Assembly (NCBI GenBank): GCA_050246635.1
Contig: JBFWVR010000008.1
Span: forward strand, 169,217-233,216
Origin: Vicinamibacterales bacterium
GTDB taxonomy: Bacteria > Acidobacteriota > Vicinamibacteria > Vicinamibacterales > UBA2999
Length of the DNA: 64,000 nt
Direction: 5' to 3'
Positions 41,996-50,986 of the stretch are shown one piece after another. A model generated the notes under the pieces. That model was not told where the DNA came from, did no database searches, and saw only the letters and a list, made by a program, of their open reading frames with translations. Numbering within the stretch: position 1 is the first letter of the stretch; each line of letters starts with the position of its first letter. The translations under genes were made by a program, and so were the position numbers.

Positions 41996-42316
41996 TCAGT
42001 GGATGGGCCCCTTCGGGCCCGCCGGCACCGGCGGCTGCGCGTCGGTGAACACCCGCATGTTCTCCTGCAGGGCGGCGATCAGGGTCGGGATGAACTGGAC
42101 GGGCATGACCACCCGCGCGCGCACGGGCGCCGGCAGCGTCTTGTCGGCTTCCGCCGCCTGGATTTCCTTGTCGGAGAGGGGAGAGACCTCACAGAAGGTC
42201 AGCGTGACGTCGAACGGCGTGTGCGCCACGGCGCAGAAGTTCGCGTAGACGCGTTCGGGCCCCGGCGTGGAGTCGTCCGGGACAATCGTGAAGTTGATCT
42301 GCTTGCGCTCGGCCAT
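41996..42316 (-). CDS. DUF3467-like small protein
   Basis: 106 aa. YANFCAVAHTPFDVTLTFCEV resembles the DUF3467 core. The ATG lies 6 nt after TAGACT (42328..42323). Confidence 0.55.
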   Translation of the reverse strand: MAERKQINFTIVPDDSTPGPERVYANFCAVAHTPFDVTLTFCEVSPLSDKEIQAAEADKTLPAPVRARVVMPVQFIPTLIAALQENMRVFTDAQPPVPAGPKGPIH

Positions 42317-42356
42317 GCGGCCAGTCTAGCACCGGCCGCATGGCGGGCCGGCGCGG

Positions 42357-42965
42357 TCAGTACTTGCGCATCACGCCGACGACCACGCCCTGAATCTGCA
42401 CGCCGTCCGGGTCCACGTAGATCGGCGCCATCGTCGGGTTGGCTGGCTGGAGGCGAATGCGGCCGCTCTCGCGGTAGAACTTCTTGAGGGTGGCCTCGGC
42501 GCCGCCGACGAGCGCAATCACCATCTCGCCGTTGTCGGCCGACTTGCGATCCTCGACGATGACCCAGTCGCCGTCACGAATCTGCTCGTCGATCATCGAC
42601 TCCCCGCGGACGCGCAGCACGTAGGTGTCGCGTTTGCCGCCGACGAAGGCCTCGGGGACGCCGATGGTCTCGGTGCCGGTGATGGCCTCGATGGGCATGC
42701 CGGCGGCCACATAGCCCAGCATCGGCAGCTCGACCGCCCGGCCACCCGAGCGGCTGGGCAGGAGTTCGACCGAGCGGCTGCGGTTCCACGAGCGGCGGAT
42801 GAACCCCTTCTCCTGGAGATTGGTCAGGTGCTTGTGCACCGTTGCCAGGGAGGAGAGATTGAACCGTCGCCCGATCTCCTCCAGGCTCGGCGCGTAGCCG
42901 TGCTGCTGGATGAACTCGTTCAGGTAGTCGAGAATCTCGCGCTGCCGCTTGGTCAGGGGCTGCAT
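42357..42965 (-). CDS. lexA: LexA repressor
   Basis: MQPLTKRQREILDYLNEFIQQHGYAPSLEEIG (wHTH), then the cleavage/peptidase S24 part VRGESMIDEQIRDGDWVIV. An SD (AAAGGAG) lies 5 nt upstream of ATG 42965. Confidence 0.93.
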   Translation of the reverse strand: MQPLTKRQREILDYLNEFIQQHGYAPSLEEIGRRFNLSSLATVHKHLTNLQEKGFIRRSWNRSRSVELLPSRSGGRAVELPMLGYVAAGMPIEAITGTETIGVPEAFVGGKRDTYVLRVRGESMIDEQIRDGDWVIVEDRKSADNGEMVIALVGGAEATLKKFYRESGRIRLQPANPTMAPIYVDPDGVQIQGVVVGVMRKY

Positions 42966-43003
42966 GCTGGCTCCTTTGCCTGTCCCTTCGCTTTCGCTCT
43001 GGA

Positions 43004-43032
43004 AGCGTAAACAAAGCAAAGGCGAAAGTCAA
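43004..43032 (-). promoter_or_regulatory. sigma-70-like promoter of lexA
   Basis: The minus strand reads TTGACT (43032..43027), a 17-nt spacer, then TACGCT (43009..43004). Confidence 0.5.
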
Positions 43033-43110
43033 TCGCGCATCACGTCGCCGGTGTGGGAAAACACGCCCCCTCCCATCACCGAAGCGGGGGAGTCCGCATA
43101 GAATCCGGGC

Positions 43111-44058
43111 GTGCGGATTCCGTTGGGCCTTCCCGCCCCCGACCATCGGAGCCACGACCTCCTGGCGGTTGGCGCCAACAGCCTCGACATCCTCGCCGTG
43201 GTCCGGGTGTTCCCCGAGCCCGACGGCAAGCAGGCGGTCGACCAGATCGTCGAGAGCCCCGGTGGGGAGGCGGCGACCGCGGCGGCCGCGGTGGCCAGGC
43301 TGGGCTTCCGGGCCCGGTATATCGGGCGGTTCGGCGCCGATCGGTTCGGCGAGGTCGGCCTTGCGGCGCTCGCCGCCGCCGGAGTCGACATCGATGCCGC
43401 CCTCACCATTCCCGACGCGCCGACGCAGAGCGCGGTCATCCTGGTCGAAGCCGGTTCCGGCCGCCGCAGCGTCCTGTCCCGGCGCGCGCCGGGTATCGAG
43501 ATCGAGGCGGGCGACATCCCCAAAGGGGTGGCGGCGCAGGCGCGGGTGCTGCTCGTCGACGGCCACAGCCCCGCGGCGGCCTCCGCGGCTGCCGCCATGG
43601 CGCGGGCGGCCGGCACCCCTGTCGTGGCGGACCTCGACCATACCGCGAGGAACATCGAGGACCTGCTCGCCCTGTCGGATGCGGTCTTCGTGCCCGAAGG
43701 CATGGCCGAGGCACTGACGGGGCGCGCCGGAACCGGGGACGCCCTGGGAGCGCTGCAGGCGGCCTGCCATGCGCCGATTGTCGGGGCGACGCTGGGCGCC
43801 GGTGGTGTCCTGACCCGGGCCGGTGGCGCCGAGTTCCGGACGCCCGTATTCCCTGTCGAGGCCGTCGACACCACCGGTGCCGGCGACGCGTTTCGGGGCG
43901 GATTCATCGGAGGGTGGCTGGCGCTCGGCCGCACTGCCGAGCTCGAGGACGTCCTGCGCTGGGGCGCCGCGGTGGCCGCCCTGGCGTGCCGGGGCCTTGG
44001 CGCGCGGACGGGGCTCCCGACGCGAGCGGAAGTGGAAGCCCTGCTCGCGGGCGGCTAG
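43111..44058 (+). CDS. PfkB-family carbohydrate kinase
   Basis: DTTGAGDAFRGGF (PfkB signature 2) is present. 315 aa. The GTG start lies 6 nt after TAGAAT (43099..43104). Confidence 0.82.
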   Translation: MRIPLGLPAPDHRSHDLLAVGANSLDILAVVRVFPEPDGKQAVDQIVESPGGEAATAAAAVARLGFRARYIGRFGADRFGEVGLAALAAAGVDIDAALTIPDAPTQSAVILVEAGSGRRSVLSRRAPGIEIEAGDIPKGVAAQARVLLVDGHSPAAASAAAAMARAAGTPVVADLDHTARNIEDLLALSDAVFVPEGMAEALTGRAGTGDALGALQAACHAPIVGATLGAGGVLTRAGGAEFRTPVFPVEAVDTTGAGDAFRGGFIGGWLALGRTAELEDVLRWGAAVAALACRGLGARTGLPTRAEVEALLAGG

Positions 44059-44140
44059 CCCGTCGGCCCTTGGCGGCCGCACCGCGATTAAACCCCTGGT
44101 CCGCCGACCCGGTCGAAGAGGACAGAAGGGAAACGCGGAC

Positions 44141-44791
44141 ATGAGGCATCATGCGGCAGCGACCTGGTCTCCGGCGTCGGCAGCGGTCATGAACTGGAAG
44201 GTGAGGGTCACGGAACCGGAGCCCGCGGCGCCATCCGCGGCCGTGCCGCTCGATGCGCTCAGTGACGCGCAGCTCGTCGCCGCCGCGGTGGGGGGCGCCC
44301 GCGATGCATTCGACGTGATCGTGACGCGGCACCGCCGGGTCGTCTACCAGGTCTGCTTCCGTTTCGCCGGGAACCCCGAGGATGCGAACGACCTGGCGCA
44401 GGACGCATTCGTGCGGGCCTGGCGCGGGCTGCGCACCTTCAAGGGACAGGCGCAGCTCTCCACCTGGCTCTACCGGATTGCCGTCAACGTCTGCCTCAAC
44501 CGGGTCAGCGCCCGGCGACTCGACGTCGAGCCCCTCGAGTCGGATCGGTTCGAGGACCGTCACGCCGAGGACCCGCGCAGCGGGCTCATCCGCGAGGAGC
44601 GGGCCGTCGCGGTGCGGCGGGCGATTGCGGCGCTCCCCCGAAAGCAGCGTGCGACGCTCATCCTGCGGACGTACCATGAGATGTCGCACCAGCAGATTGC
44701 CGACATCCTCGGCAGCTCGGTCGGGGCCGTGAAGGCAAACTTCTTTCATGCGCTGGCGAATCTGAAGAGAATCCTGGGGAGCGAGCCATGA
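44141..44791 (+). CDS. RNA polymerase ECF sigma factor
   Basis: Contains DVIVTRHRRVVYQVCFRFAGNPEDANDLAQDAFVRAWRGL, STWLYRIAVNVCLN and LILRTYHEMSHQQIADILGSSVGAVKANFFHA. The start is ATG 44141 (alternative ATG 44189). Confidence 0.88.
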   Translation: MRHHAAATWSPASAAVMNWKVRVTEPEPAAPSAAVPLDALSDAQLVAAAVGGARDAFDVIVTRHRRVVYQVCFRFAGNPEDANDLAQDAFVRAWRGLRTFKGQAQLSTWLYRIAVNVCLNRVSARRLDVEPLESDRFEDRHAEDPRSGLIREERAVAVRRAIAALPRKQRATLILRTYHEMSHQQIADILGSSVGAVKANFFHALANLKRILGSEP

Positions 44792-45363
44792 CGCACCTCA
44801 CACCCGACGAGTTCGTGGACGCGGTGGAAGGGACGCTGGCGGCCGACCGCCAGGCGCACCTCGCGGCCTGCACGCCGTGCCGCCGCCAGGTGGAGGAGCT
44901 CGCGGCGCTGCTTGGCGAGGCCGCCGACGCGCCCGTCCCTGAGCCGTCGCCGCTGTTCTGGGATCAGTTCTCCGCGCGCGTGCGCCAGGCCATCGATCTC
45001 GAGCCGCAGCCGGCGCGTGGCTGGCGGCCGGCATGGTTCAGCCTCCCGGTCCTCGTGCCGGTGGCGGGCCTGGCGCTCGTGGTCATGGCGCTCGGCATGG
45101 CGCTGCCTGCGCCCGCCCCGACACCCTCGGCGCTCGCGGCCACGGCGGAAGCGCCGGCCCCGATGGACGAGGTCCTCGACGACGACGGCTCCTGGCAGGT
45201 GGTTGCCGGGGTGCTGTCCACGGTGGACTGGGAGACGATGCGTGAGGCCGGTGTGACGCTGGCGCCGGGCTCGGCGGAACTGGCGGTCGCGTCCCTGTCC
45301 GCGGAGGAACAAGCCGAGCTCGTGCGTCTGCTCGAGGCGGAACTGGCGCGGCCCGAAAGCTAG
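44788..45363 (+). CDS. anti-sigma factor (zf-HC2 type)
   Basis: It overlaps the sigma gene by 4 nt. It has the HLAACTPCRRQVEEL motif and one TM segment (WFSLPVLVPVAGLALVVMALGMAL). Confidence 0.75.
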   Translation: MTHLTPDEFVDAVEGTLAADRQAHLAACTPCRRQVEELAALLGEAADAPVPEPSPLFWDQFSARVRQAIDLEPQPARGWRPAWFSLPVLVPVAGLALVVMALGMALPAPAPTPSALAATAEAPAPMDEVLDDDGSWQVVAGVLSTVDWETMREAGVTLAPGSAELAVASLSAEEQAELVRLLEAELARPES

Positions 45364-45385
45364 GGATCGAAGACCGGGTACTCGT

Positions 45386-45910
45386 ATGAAGCACGTCCTC
45401 CTCTCGCTCGTCGCCGTCCTCGCGTTCGCGGGCGCGGTGCGCGCCCAGCAGCCGGGGCCGCAGATGCCCGACCCGCCGCCCGAGATGGCGCCGGCGGAGG
45501 TGCAGCGGCTCTTCGATGCGTACCTCATCATGCAGGCGCAGGACGCCCTGGGGCTCAGCGAGGAGCAGTACGGCCAGTTCCTGACCCGCCTGCGGGCCCT
45601 GCAGGAGACGCGGCGCAAGAACCAGCAGGAGCGCTTCCAGCTGCTCAACCAGCTCCAGCGGCTCACGAACCCGCGGAACCCCGGCCAGCCGGACGAGGCG
45701 GCCGTGCGCGAGCGGCTTGCCGCCCTGCAGGAGCTGGAATCGCGGTCCGCGGCGGAGTTGCGTCGCGCGTACAACGCCGTCGACGAGGTGCTGAACGTCG
45801 TGCAGCAGGCGCGGTTCCGGCTCTTCGAGGAGCAGGTCGAGCGGCGTAAGGTGGAACTGCTGATGCGGGCCCGGCAGGCCAACCGTCCCAACCGTCGTCC
45901 CCCCGGCTGA
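45386..45910 (+). CDS. periplasmic Spy/CpxP-like helical protein
   Basis: Signal MKHVLLSLVAVLAFAGAVRAQ. The protein is helical and Q/R/L-rich with LSEEQ-type motifs (LGLSEEQYGQFLTRLRALQETRRKNQQERFQLL). It is the third gene of the sigma/anti-sigma unit. Confidence 0.5.
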   Translation: MKHVLLSLVAVLAFAGAVRAQQPGPQMPDPPPEMAPAEVQRLFDAYLIMQAQDALGLSEEQYGQFLTRLRALQETRRKNQQERFQLLNQLQRLTNPRNPGQPDEAAVRERLAALQELESRSAAELRRAYNAVDEVLNVVQQARFRLFEEQVERRKVELLMRARQANRPNRRPPG

Positions 45911-45954
45911 CGCCCGTCGCGGCGTCCGGCGACCGGCCGGCCTACAATCGGGAC

Positions 45955-46542
45955 ATGCGGCTCCTACTGACGTGCATCCTCGCGGGCGTGCTGGCCCAGG
46001 GCTCGCCGCTTTCGCAACAGAAGGCGCAGGTGTTCCGCGAGAAGATCGCGGCGGTGCTGGCGCGTGGCGAGGCGGCCCCGGCCCGCCCGGTGGCGCCGGC
46101 GCGGACCGTCCTGGCCGAGGACGAGATCAACTCGTACTTCCAGTTCCATGCGGCGGACGTCGCGCCTGAAGGCGTCGCGGAGCCGAGGGTGTCGCTCGGC
46201 GCGGCCGGCCACGTCGTCGGGCGCGCGATTGTCGACCTCGATGCCGTGAGGCGGACGCGCTCGACCGGCGGCTGGTTCGACCCGCGCAGCTATCTCACCG
46301 GCCGCCTGCCCGTGGTCGTCAGCGGCACGGTCATGGGCGAGAAGGGGCAGGCGCGTTTCGCGCTCGAGCGCGCGGAGGTCTCCGGGGTGCCGGTGCCGAA
46401 GAGCGTGCTGCAGGAGCTGGTGTCGTACTACACCCGGTCCGAGCTGTTTCCGGACGGAGTGGACCTCGATGCGCCGTTCCCGATGCCCGCGCGCATCGAG
46501 CGCCTGATCGTGCAGCGCGGTGAGGCGGTGGTCGTGCAGTAA
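45955..46542 (+). CDS. secreted hypothetical protein
   Basis: Signal-like MRLLLTCILAGVLAQG. The ATG lies exactly 6 nt after TACAAT (45943..45948). I do not recognise a family with confidence. Confidence 0.5.
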   Translation: MRLLLTCILAGVLAQGSPLSQQKAQVFREKIAAVLARGEAAPARPVAPARTVLAEDEINSYFQFHAADVAPEGVAEPRVSLGAAGHVVGRAIVDLDAVRRTRSTGGWFDPRSYLTGRLPVVVSGTVMGEKGQARFALERAEVSGVPVPKSVLQELVSYYTRSELFPDGVDLDAPFPMPARIERLIVQRGEAVVVQ

Positions 46543-46552
46543 GATGGCGCCC

Positions 46553-48658
46553 ATGGCGGAAGACGTCCTCCAGATGCCGCTGCAGTATCTGAAGGGCGTG
46601 GGCCCCCGCAAGGCCGCCGACCTCAAGAAGGCCGGCCTGCTCACCGTCGAAGACCTCCTGTTCCGCTTTCCCCTCCGCTACGAGGACCGCAGCCGCCTGC
46701 AGCCGATTGTCGGGCTCCGGCCGGGCACGACGGCGGCCATCTCCGGGGAAGTGCTGCACGCCAGCCTCACGCCGACACGCCGCCCCGGCTTCCGGCTGTT
46801 CACGGCGCTGGTGCAGGACGCCAGCGGCCAGGTGCAGGTGGTCTGGCCGAACCAGGCGTTCCTCCGGGATGTCGTGCGCCCGCACCAGCACCTCGTGCTC
46901 TTCGGCAAGGTGGAGTACTGGGGCTCGCGTGGCCTCCAGATCACCGATCCGGAGTTCGAGATCCTGCGCGGCGGGGACGCGGCTGAGGAGCCGACCGGCC
47001 TGCACACGGGCCGCATCGTGCCGATCTACGAGCGCTCCGGCAGTGTCACGACCAACATGCAGCGCCGGTTCGTGTGGCAGGCGCTCGAGTTGCTGCCCGA
47101 CGACCTCTTCGACCCCGTGCCGCCGGACCTCCTGGCGGCCGCGGGATGGCCGGACCGTCGAACGGCGCTCCGTGACACGCACTTCCCGCCGGCGGGGATC
47201 GCGCAGGACGTGCTCGACGGGTTCCAGACGCCGGCGCAGCGCCGCGTGATCTTCGAGGACTTCTTCGTCTTCCAGGCCGGCCTGGCCCTGCGGCGGCGCG
47301 AGAACGCGCAGGTGCAGAAGGGGCTCGTGTGCCGCGTGGACGACACGGCCCGGCAGTCGGCGCGCGCGGTGCTGCCGTTCAAGTTGACGGAGGGCCAGAA
47401 GGGCGCGCTCGCCGAAATCGTCGCCGACATGCAGCGGCCGTGGCCGATGCAGCGGCTGCTGCAGGGGGACGTGGGCGCCGGCAAGACGATTGTCGCGCTG
47501 CTCGCGGCCATCGTGGCCATGGAGAGCGGCTTCCAGGTGGCCTTCATGGCGCCGACCGAGATCCTCGCCGAGCAGCACTACCGCACCCTCACGAAGTGGC
47601 TGGCGCCCACACGCTTCCGCACGGCCCTGCTGACCGGGCGGGTCACGGCCGCGGCGCGGCGCACGCTGCTGCCATCGATCGAGCGGGGCGACGTGCACCT
47701 GCTCGTGGGCACCCACGCGCTCGTGCAGGAGCAGGTCCGCTTCCGGGCCCTGGCGCTCGTCGTGATCGACGAGCAGCACCGGTTCGGGGTGCTGCAGCGG
47801 GGCACACTGGCGGGCAAGGGCCTGCATCCCGACGTGCTGGTGATGACCGCGACGCCCATCCCGCGGACGCTGGCGCTGACCGAGTGCGGCGACATGGAGG
47901 TGTCCGTGATCCGCGGCCTGCCGCCCGGACGGACCCCGATCCGGACGATCGTCAAACCCGACAACCGGCGTGACGAGGTCTACGACCTCGTGCGCCAGGA
48001 GATTGATCGGGGGCGGCAGGCGTACGTGATCTATCCACTGGTCGCCGAGTCCGAGAAGGTCGACCTCAAGGCCGCCACGGAGATGGCGGCGCACCTGGCG
48101 AGCGACATCTTTCCCGCGCACACGGTGGCCCTGCTGCACGGCAAGATGAAGGGCGCCGAGAAGGAAGCGGTGATGCGGGCGTTCGTGGCGGGGGACACGC
48201 ACATCCTCGTCTCGACGACGGTGGTCGAGGTCGGCGTGGACGTGCCGAATGCGACGGTGATGGTCGTGGAGCACGCGGAGCGTTTCGGCCTCTCCCAGCT
48301 GCACCAGTTGCGCGGGCGCGTGGGCCGCGGCACGGGCGCCTCGACGTGCGTGCTGTTGTACCAGGCGCCGTGGTCGGAGGACGCGCGGCTGCGGCTCAAG
48401 GCGATGGCGGACACGACCGATGGCTTCGTCATCGCCGAGCGCGACCTCCAGCTCAGGGGCCCTGGCGACTTCTTCGGCACCCGCCAGTCGGGTCTGCCAC
48501 AGCTCCGCGCCGGCGACCTCACGCGCGACGCCGACCTGCTCGAACAGGCCTACGCCGAGGCCCGGCGCCGCGTCGACGAGGACCTCCTGACCGACGCGCA
48601 GCGATCGTACGTCCAGCAGGTCTGGCAGCGGCAGTTCGGCCTGATCACCGTCGGTTAG
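46553..48658 (+). CDS. recG: ATP-dependent DNA helicase RecG
   Basis: Wedge/OB N-terminus, helicase motifs LLQGDVGAGKT, VIDEQHRFGV and MTATPIPRTLA, and a TRG-like C-terminus. The preferred start is ATG 46553 (7 nt after TAAGAT 46540..46545); the alternative is ATG 46544. Confidence 0.93.
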   Translation: MAEDVLQMPLQYLKGVGPRKAADLKKAGLLTVEDLLFRFPLRYEDRSRLQPIVGLRPGTTAAISGEVLHASLTPTRRPGFRLFTALVQDASGQVQVVWPNQAFLRDVVRPHQHLVLFGKVEYWGSRGLQITDPEFEILRGGDAAEEPTGLHTGRIVPIYERSGSVTTNMQRRFVWQALELLPDDLFDPVPPDLLAAAGWPDRRTALRDTHFPPAGIAQDVLDGFQTPAQRRVIFEDFFVFQAGLALRRRENAQVQKGLVCRVDDTARQSARAVLPFKLTEGQKGALAEIVADMQRPWPMQRLLQGDVGAGKTIVALLAAIVAMESGFQVAFMAPTEILAEQHYRTLTKWLAPTRFRTALLTGRVTAAARRTLLPSIERGDVHLLVGTHALVQEQVRFRALALVVIDEQHRFGVLQRGTLAGKGLHPDVLVMTATPIPRTLALTECGDMEVSVIRGLPPGRTPIRTIVKPDNRRDEVYDLVRQEIDRGRQAYVIYPLVAESEKVDLKAATEMAAHLASDIFPAHTVALLHGKMKGAEKEAVMRAFVAGDTHILVSTTVVEVGVDVPNATVMVVEHAERFGLSQLHQLRGRVGRGTGASTCVLLYQAPWSEDARLRLKAMADTTDGFVIAERDLQLRGPGDFFGTRQSGLPQLRAGDLTRDADLLEQAYAEARRRVDEDLLTDAQRSYVQQVWQRQFGLITVG

Positions 48659-48671
48659 GTGTGGGGGACTG

Positions 48672-49253
48672 ATGCGCATCATCGCCGGCACGGCGAAGGG
48701 CCGCACGCTGAAGGCCCCCCGGTGGGACGGCCTGCGGCCGACCTCCGACCGCCTGCGGGAGACCCTCTTCAACATCCTCGCTCCCGTGATCGAGGGGGCG
48801 GTGGTGCTGGACGGCTTCGCGGGGACGGGGGCCGTCGGGCTGGAGGCGCTCAGCCGTGGCGCCGCCCGCGCGGTGTTCGTCGAGCAGGACCGGCGGGCCG
48901 CGGCCCTCGTGGCCGACAACGCCGCCCTCTGCGGCGTGTCCGACCGCTGTGCTATCATCCGCCAATCCGCCGAGTCGGTGCTGGCACGGCCGGTCGCGGG
49001 CGGTCCCTTCGACGTCGTGGTGCTCGATCCGCCGTACGATCACCCGGGCCTCGACCGGATCGTCGGCGTGGCCGTGGCGCAGCTCACACCCGACGGGGTC
49101 CTGGTGCTCGAGCACGCCTGGCGCCGGCCACCGCCGGAACCGGCGGGTGCACGGCGGACCCGGACGGTGCGGTCGGGTGACAGTGCCCTCAGCTTCTACG
49201 AGGGCCCGGCGGCCGCGGCAGGAGATCCGACGCGCGATGAGCACCCACGCTGA
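48672..49253 (+). CDS. rsmD: 16S rRNA (guanine966-N2)-methyltransferase
   Basis: Starts MRIIAGTAKGRTLKAPRWDGLRPTSDRLRETLFNIL and contains the DPPY motif (VLDPPYD). Confidence 0.9.
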   Translation: MRIIAGTAKGRTLKAPRWDGLRPTSDRLRETLFNILAPVIEGAVVLDGFAGTGAVGLEALSRGAARAVFVEQDRRAAALVADNAALCGVSDRCAIIRQSAESVLARPVAGGPFDVVVLDPPYDHPGLDRIVGVAVAQLTPDGVLVLEHAWRRPPPEPAGARRTRTVRSGDSALSFYEGPAAAAGDPTRDEHPR

Positions 49254-49755
49254 CACCGGCCGCCGCCTGGCGGTCTACCCCGGCTCGTTCGACCCCCTCA
49301 CCAACGGGCACGTCGACATCATCCGGCGTGGGGCCAAGCTCTTCGACGAGATCATCGTCGCAGTGCTGGTGAACGCCGAGAAGCAGCCGCTGTTCTCGAA
49401 CGAGGAGCGCGTCGCCATGATCCGCGACGTGTTCGGTGACTCGCCGAATGTCGAGGTGGACACCTTCGACGGCCTCCTGGTCGACTACGCCACGCGCCGC
49501 GGCGCGTGCGCGATCGTGCGGGGCCTGCGGGCGGTGTCCGACTTCGAGTACGAGTTCCAGATGGCCCTCATGAACCGCCGCCTCGCCCCGCAGCTCGAGA
49601 CGGTGTTCATGATGCCGGCCGAGCAGTACACCTACATCAGCTCGAAGCTGATCAAGGAGGTGTTCATGCTGGGCGGCGAGGTGAAAGGCCTCGTCCCGCC
49701 CGTGGTGGAGGATCGGCTGCGGAGCAAGCAGGCCAGCGGGCCGGACGCCCGCTGA
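49237..49755 (+). CDS. coaD: phosphopantetheine adenylyltransferase
   Basis: AVYPGSFDPLTNGHVDIIRRG and the ISSKLIKEV region are present. It overlaps rsmD by 17 nt. Confidence 0.93.
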   Translation: MSTHADTGRRLAVYPGSFDPLTNGHVDIIRRGAKLFDEIIVAVLVNAEKQPLFSNEERVAMIRDVFGDSPNVEVDTFDGLLVDYATRRGACAIVRGLRAVSDFEYEFQMALMNRRLAPQLETVFMMPAEQYTYISSKLIKEVFMLGGEVKGLVPPVVEDRLRSKQASGPDAR

Positions 49756-49772
49756 GCGGAGACGGGAAAGGC

Positions 49773-50978
49773 ATGACGTTCGCACATCGTATGGGTCGGA
49801 TCTCGCCGTCACCCACACTCAAGGTGACGGCCGAGGCGGATCGCCTGCGCCGCCAGGGCGTGGACGTGGTGGATCTCGGGGCGGGGGAGCCGGACTTCCC
49901 GACACCGGAACACGTCAAGGCCGCGGCCCACGCGGCGCTCGACCAGAACTTCACGAAGTACACGCCGTCGGCCGGCATCCTGGAACTGCGCGAGGCCATC
50001 GGCGCGCGGTACCGCGAGGACTACGGCGTCGAGTTCGCCCCCAACGAGATCATCGTCAGCGCCGGCGGCAAGCAGGCGCTCTACAACACGGCCATGGTCC
50101 TCTTCGAGGAGGGCGACGAGGTCGTCACGCACGCGCCGTACTGGCCGACCATCCCCGAGCAGATCAAGCTCGCGGGCGCCGAGCCGGTGATCGTCCAGAC
50201 GCACGCGGAGGACGGCTTCACGATCCACGCCGAGCCGATCCTCGCCGCCCTGACCCCGAAGACGAAGGCGATCATCATCAACTCGCCGTGCAACCCGACC
50301 GGCGCCCTCATCACCGAGGAGGCGATGCACGCCATCGCGGACGAGGCGGCGAAGCGGGGCTTGTGGGTGATTGCGGACCTCACGTACGAGAAGCTGATCT
50401 ACGACCAGGTCCCGCACAACCTGCCGAAGATCCTCGTGGACAAGCTGCGCGACCGCGCCATCCTCTGCGGCGCGGCGTCGAAGGCCTACGCCATGACCGG
50501 CTGGCGCTGCGGCTGGACGATCGGCCCCGCGAAGTTCGTCAGCCAGTGCAACGCGCTGCAGGGGCACTCCACGTCGAACGTGAACTCGATCACGCAGAAG
50601 GCCGCCGTGGCCGCGCTCACCGGCCCGCAGGACGGCCTCGAGACGATGCTGAAGGAGTACCGCGTGCGGCGCGACAAGGTCATCGAGTGGATGACCGAAG
50701 ACCCGCGGTTCTCCTGTGTCACGCCCCGCGGCGCCTTCTACATCTTCCCCTACGCCGCCGAGGTGCTCGCCCCGGCCGGCGTGAGCTCGACCGCCGAGTT
50801 CGCCGAGGCGCTGCTGGCCGAGGCGCACGTCGCGCTGCCCGCCGGGGAGGGCTTCGACGCGCCGGGGTACTTCCGCGTCTCGTACGCGACCTCGCTGGAC
50901 CGGCTGCGCGAGGCGACGACGCGCATCCACGAGTTCGTGCGCGCCCGCGAGCAGCGCGGCGCCGCCGCCACCCGCTGA
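49773..50978 (+). CDS. pyridoxal-phosphate-dependent aminotransferase (aspartate/aromatic class I)
   Basis: Contains ISPSPTLKVTAEADRLRRQGVDVVDLGAGEPDFPTPEHV, INSPCNPTG and SKAYAMTGWRCGW (PLP Lys). Confidence 0.9.
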   Translation: MTFAHRMGRISPSPTLKVTAEADRLRRQGVDVVDLGAGEPDFPTPEHVKAAAHAALDQNFTKYTPSAGILELREAIGARYREDYGVEFAPNEIIVSAGGKQALYNTAMVLFEEGDEVVTHAPYWPTIPEQIKLAGAEPVIVQTHAEDGFTIHAEPILAALTPKTKAIIINSPCNPTGALITEEAMHAIADEAAKRGLWVIADLTYEKLIYDQVPHNLPKILVDKLRDRAILCGAASKAYAMTGWRCGWTIGPAKFVSQCNALQGHSTSNVNSITQKAAVAALTGPQDGLETMLKEYRVRRDKVIEWMTEDPRFSCVTPRGAFYIFPYAAEVLAPAGVSSTAEFAEALLAEAHVALPAGEGFDAPGYFRVSYATSLDRLREATTRIHEFVRAREQRGAAATR

Positions 50979-50986
50979 CCACGGCC

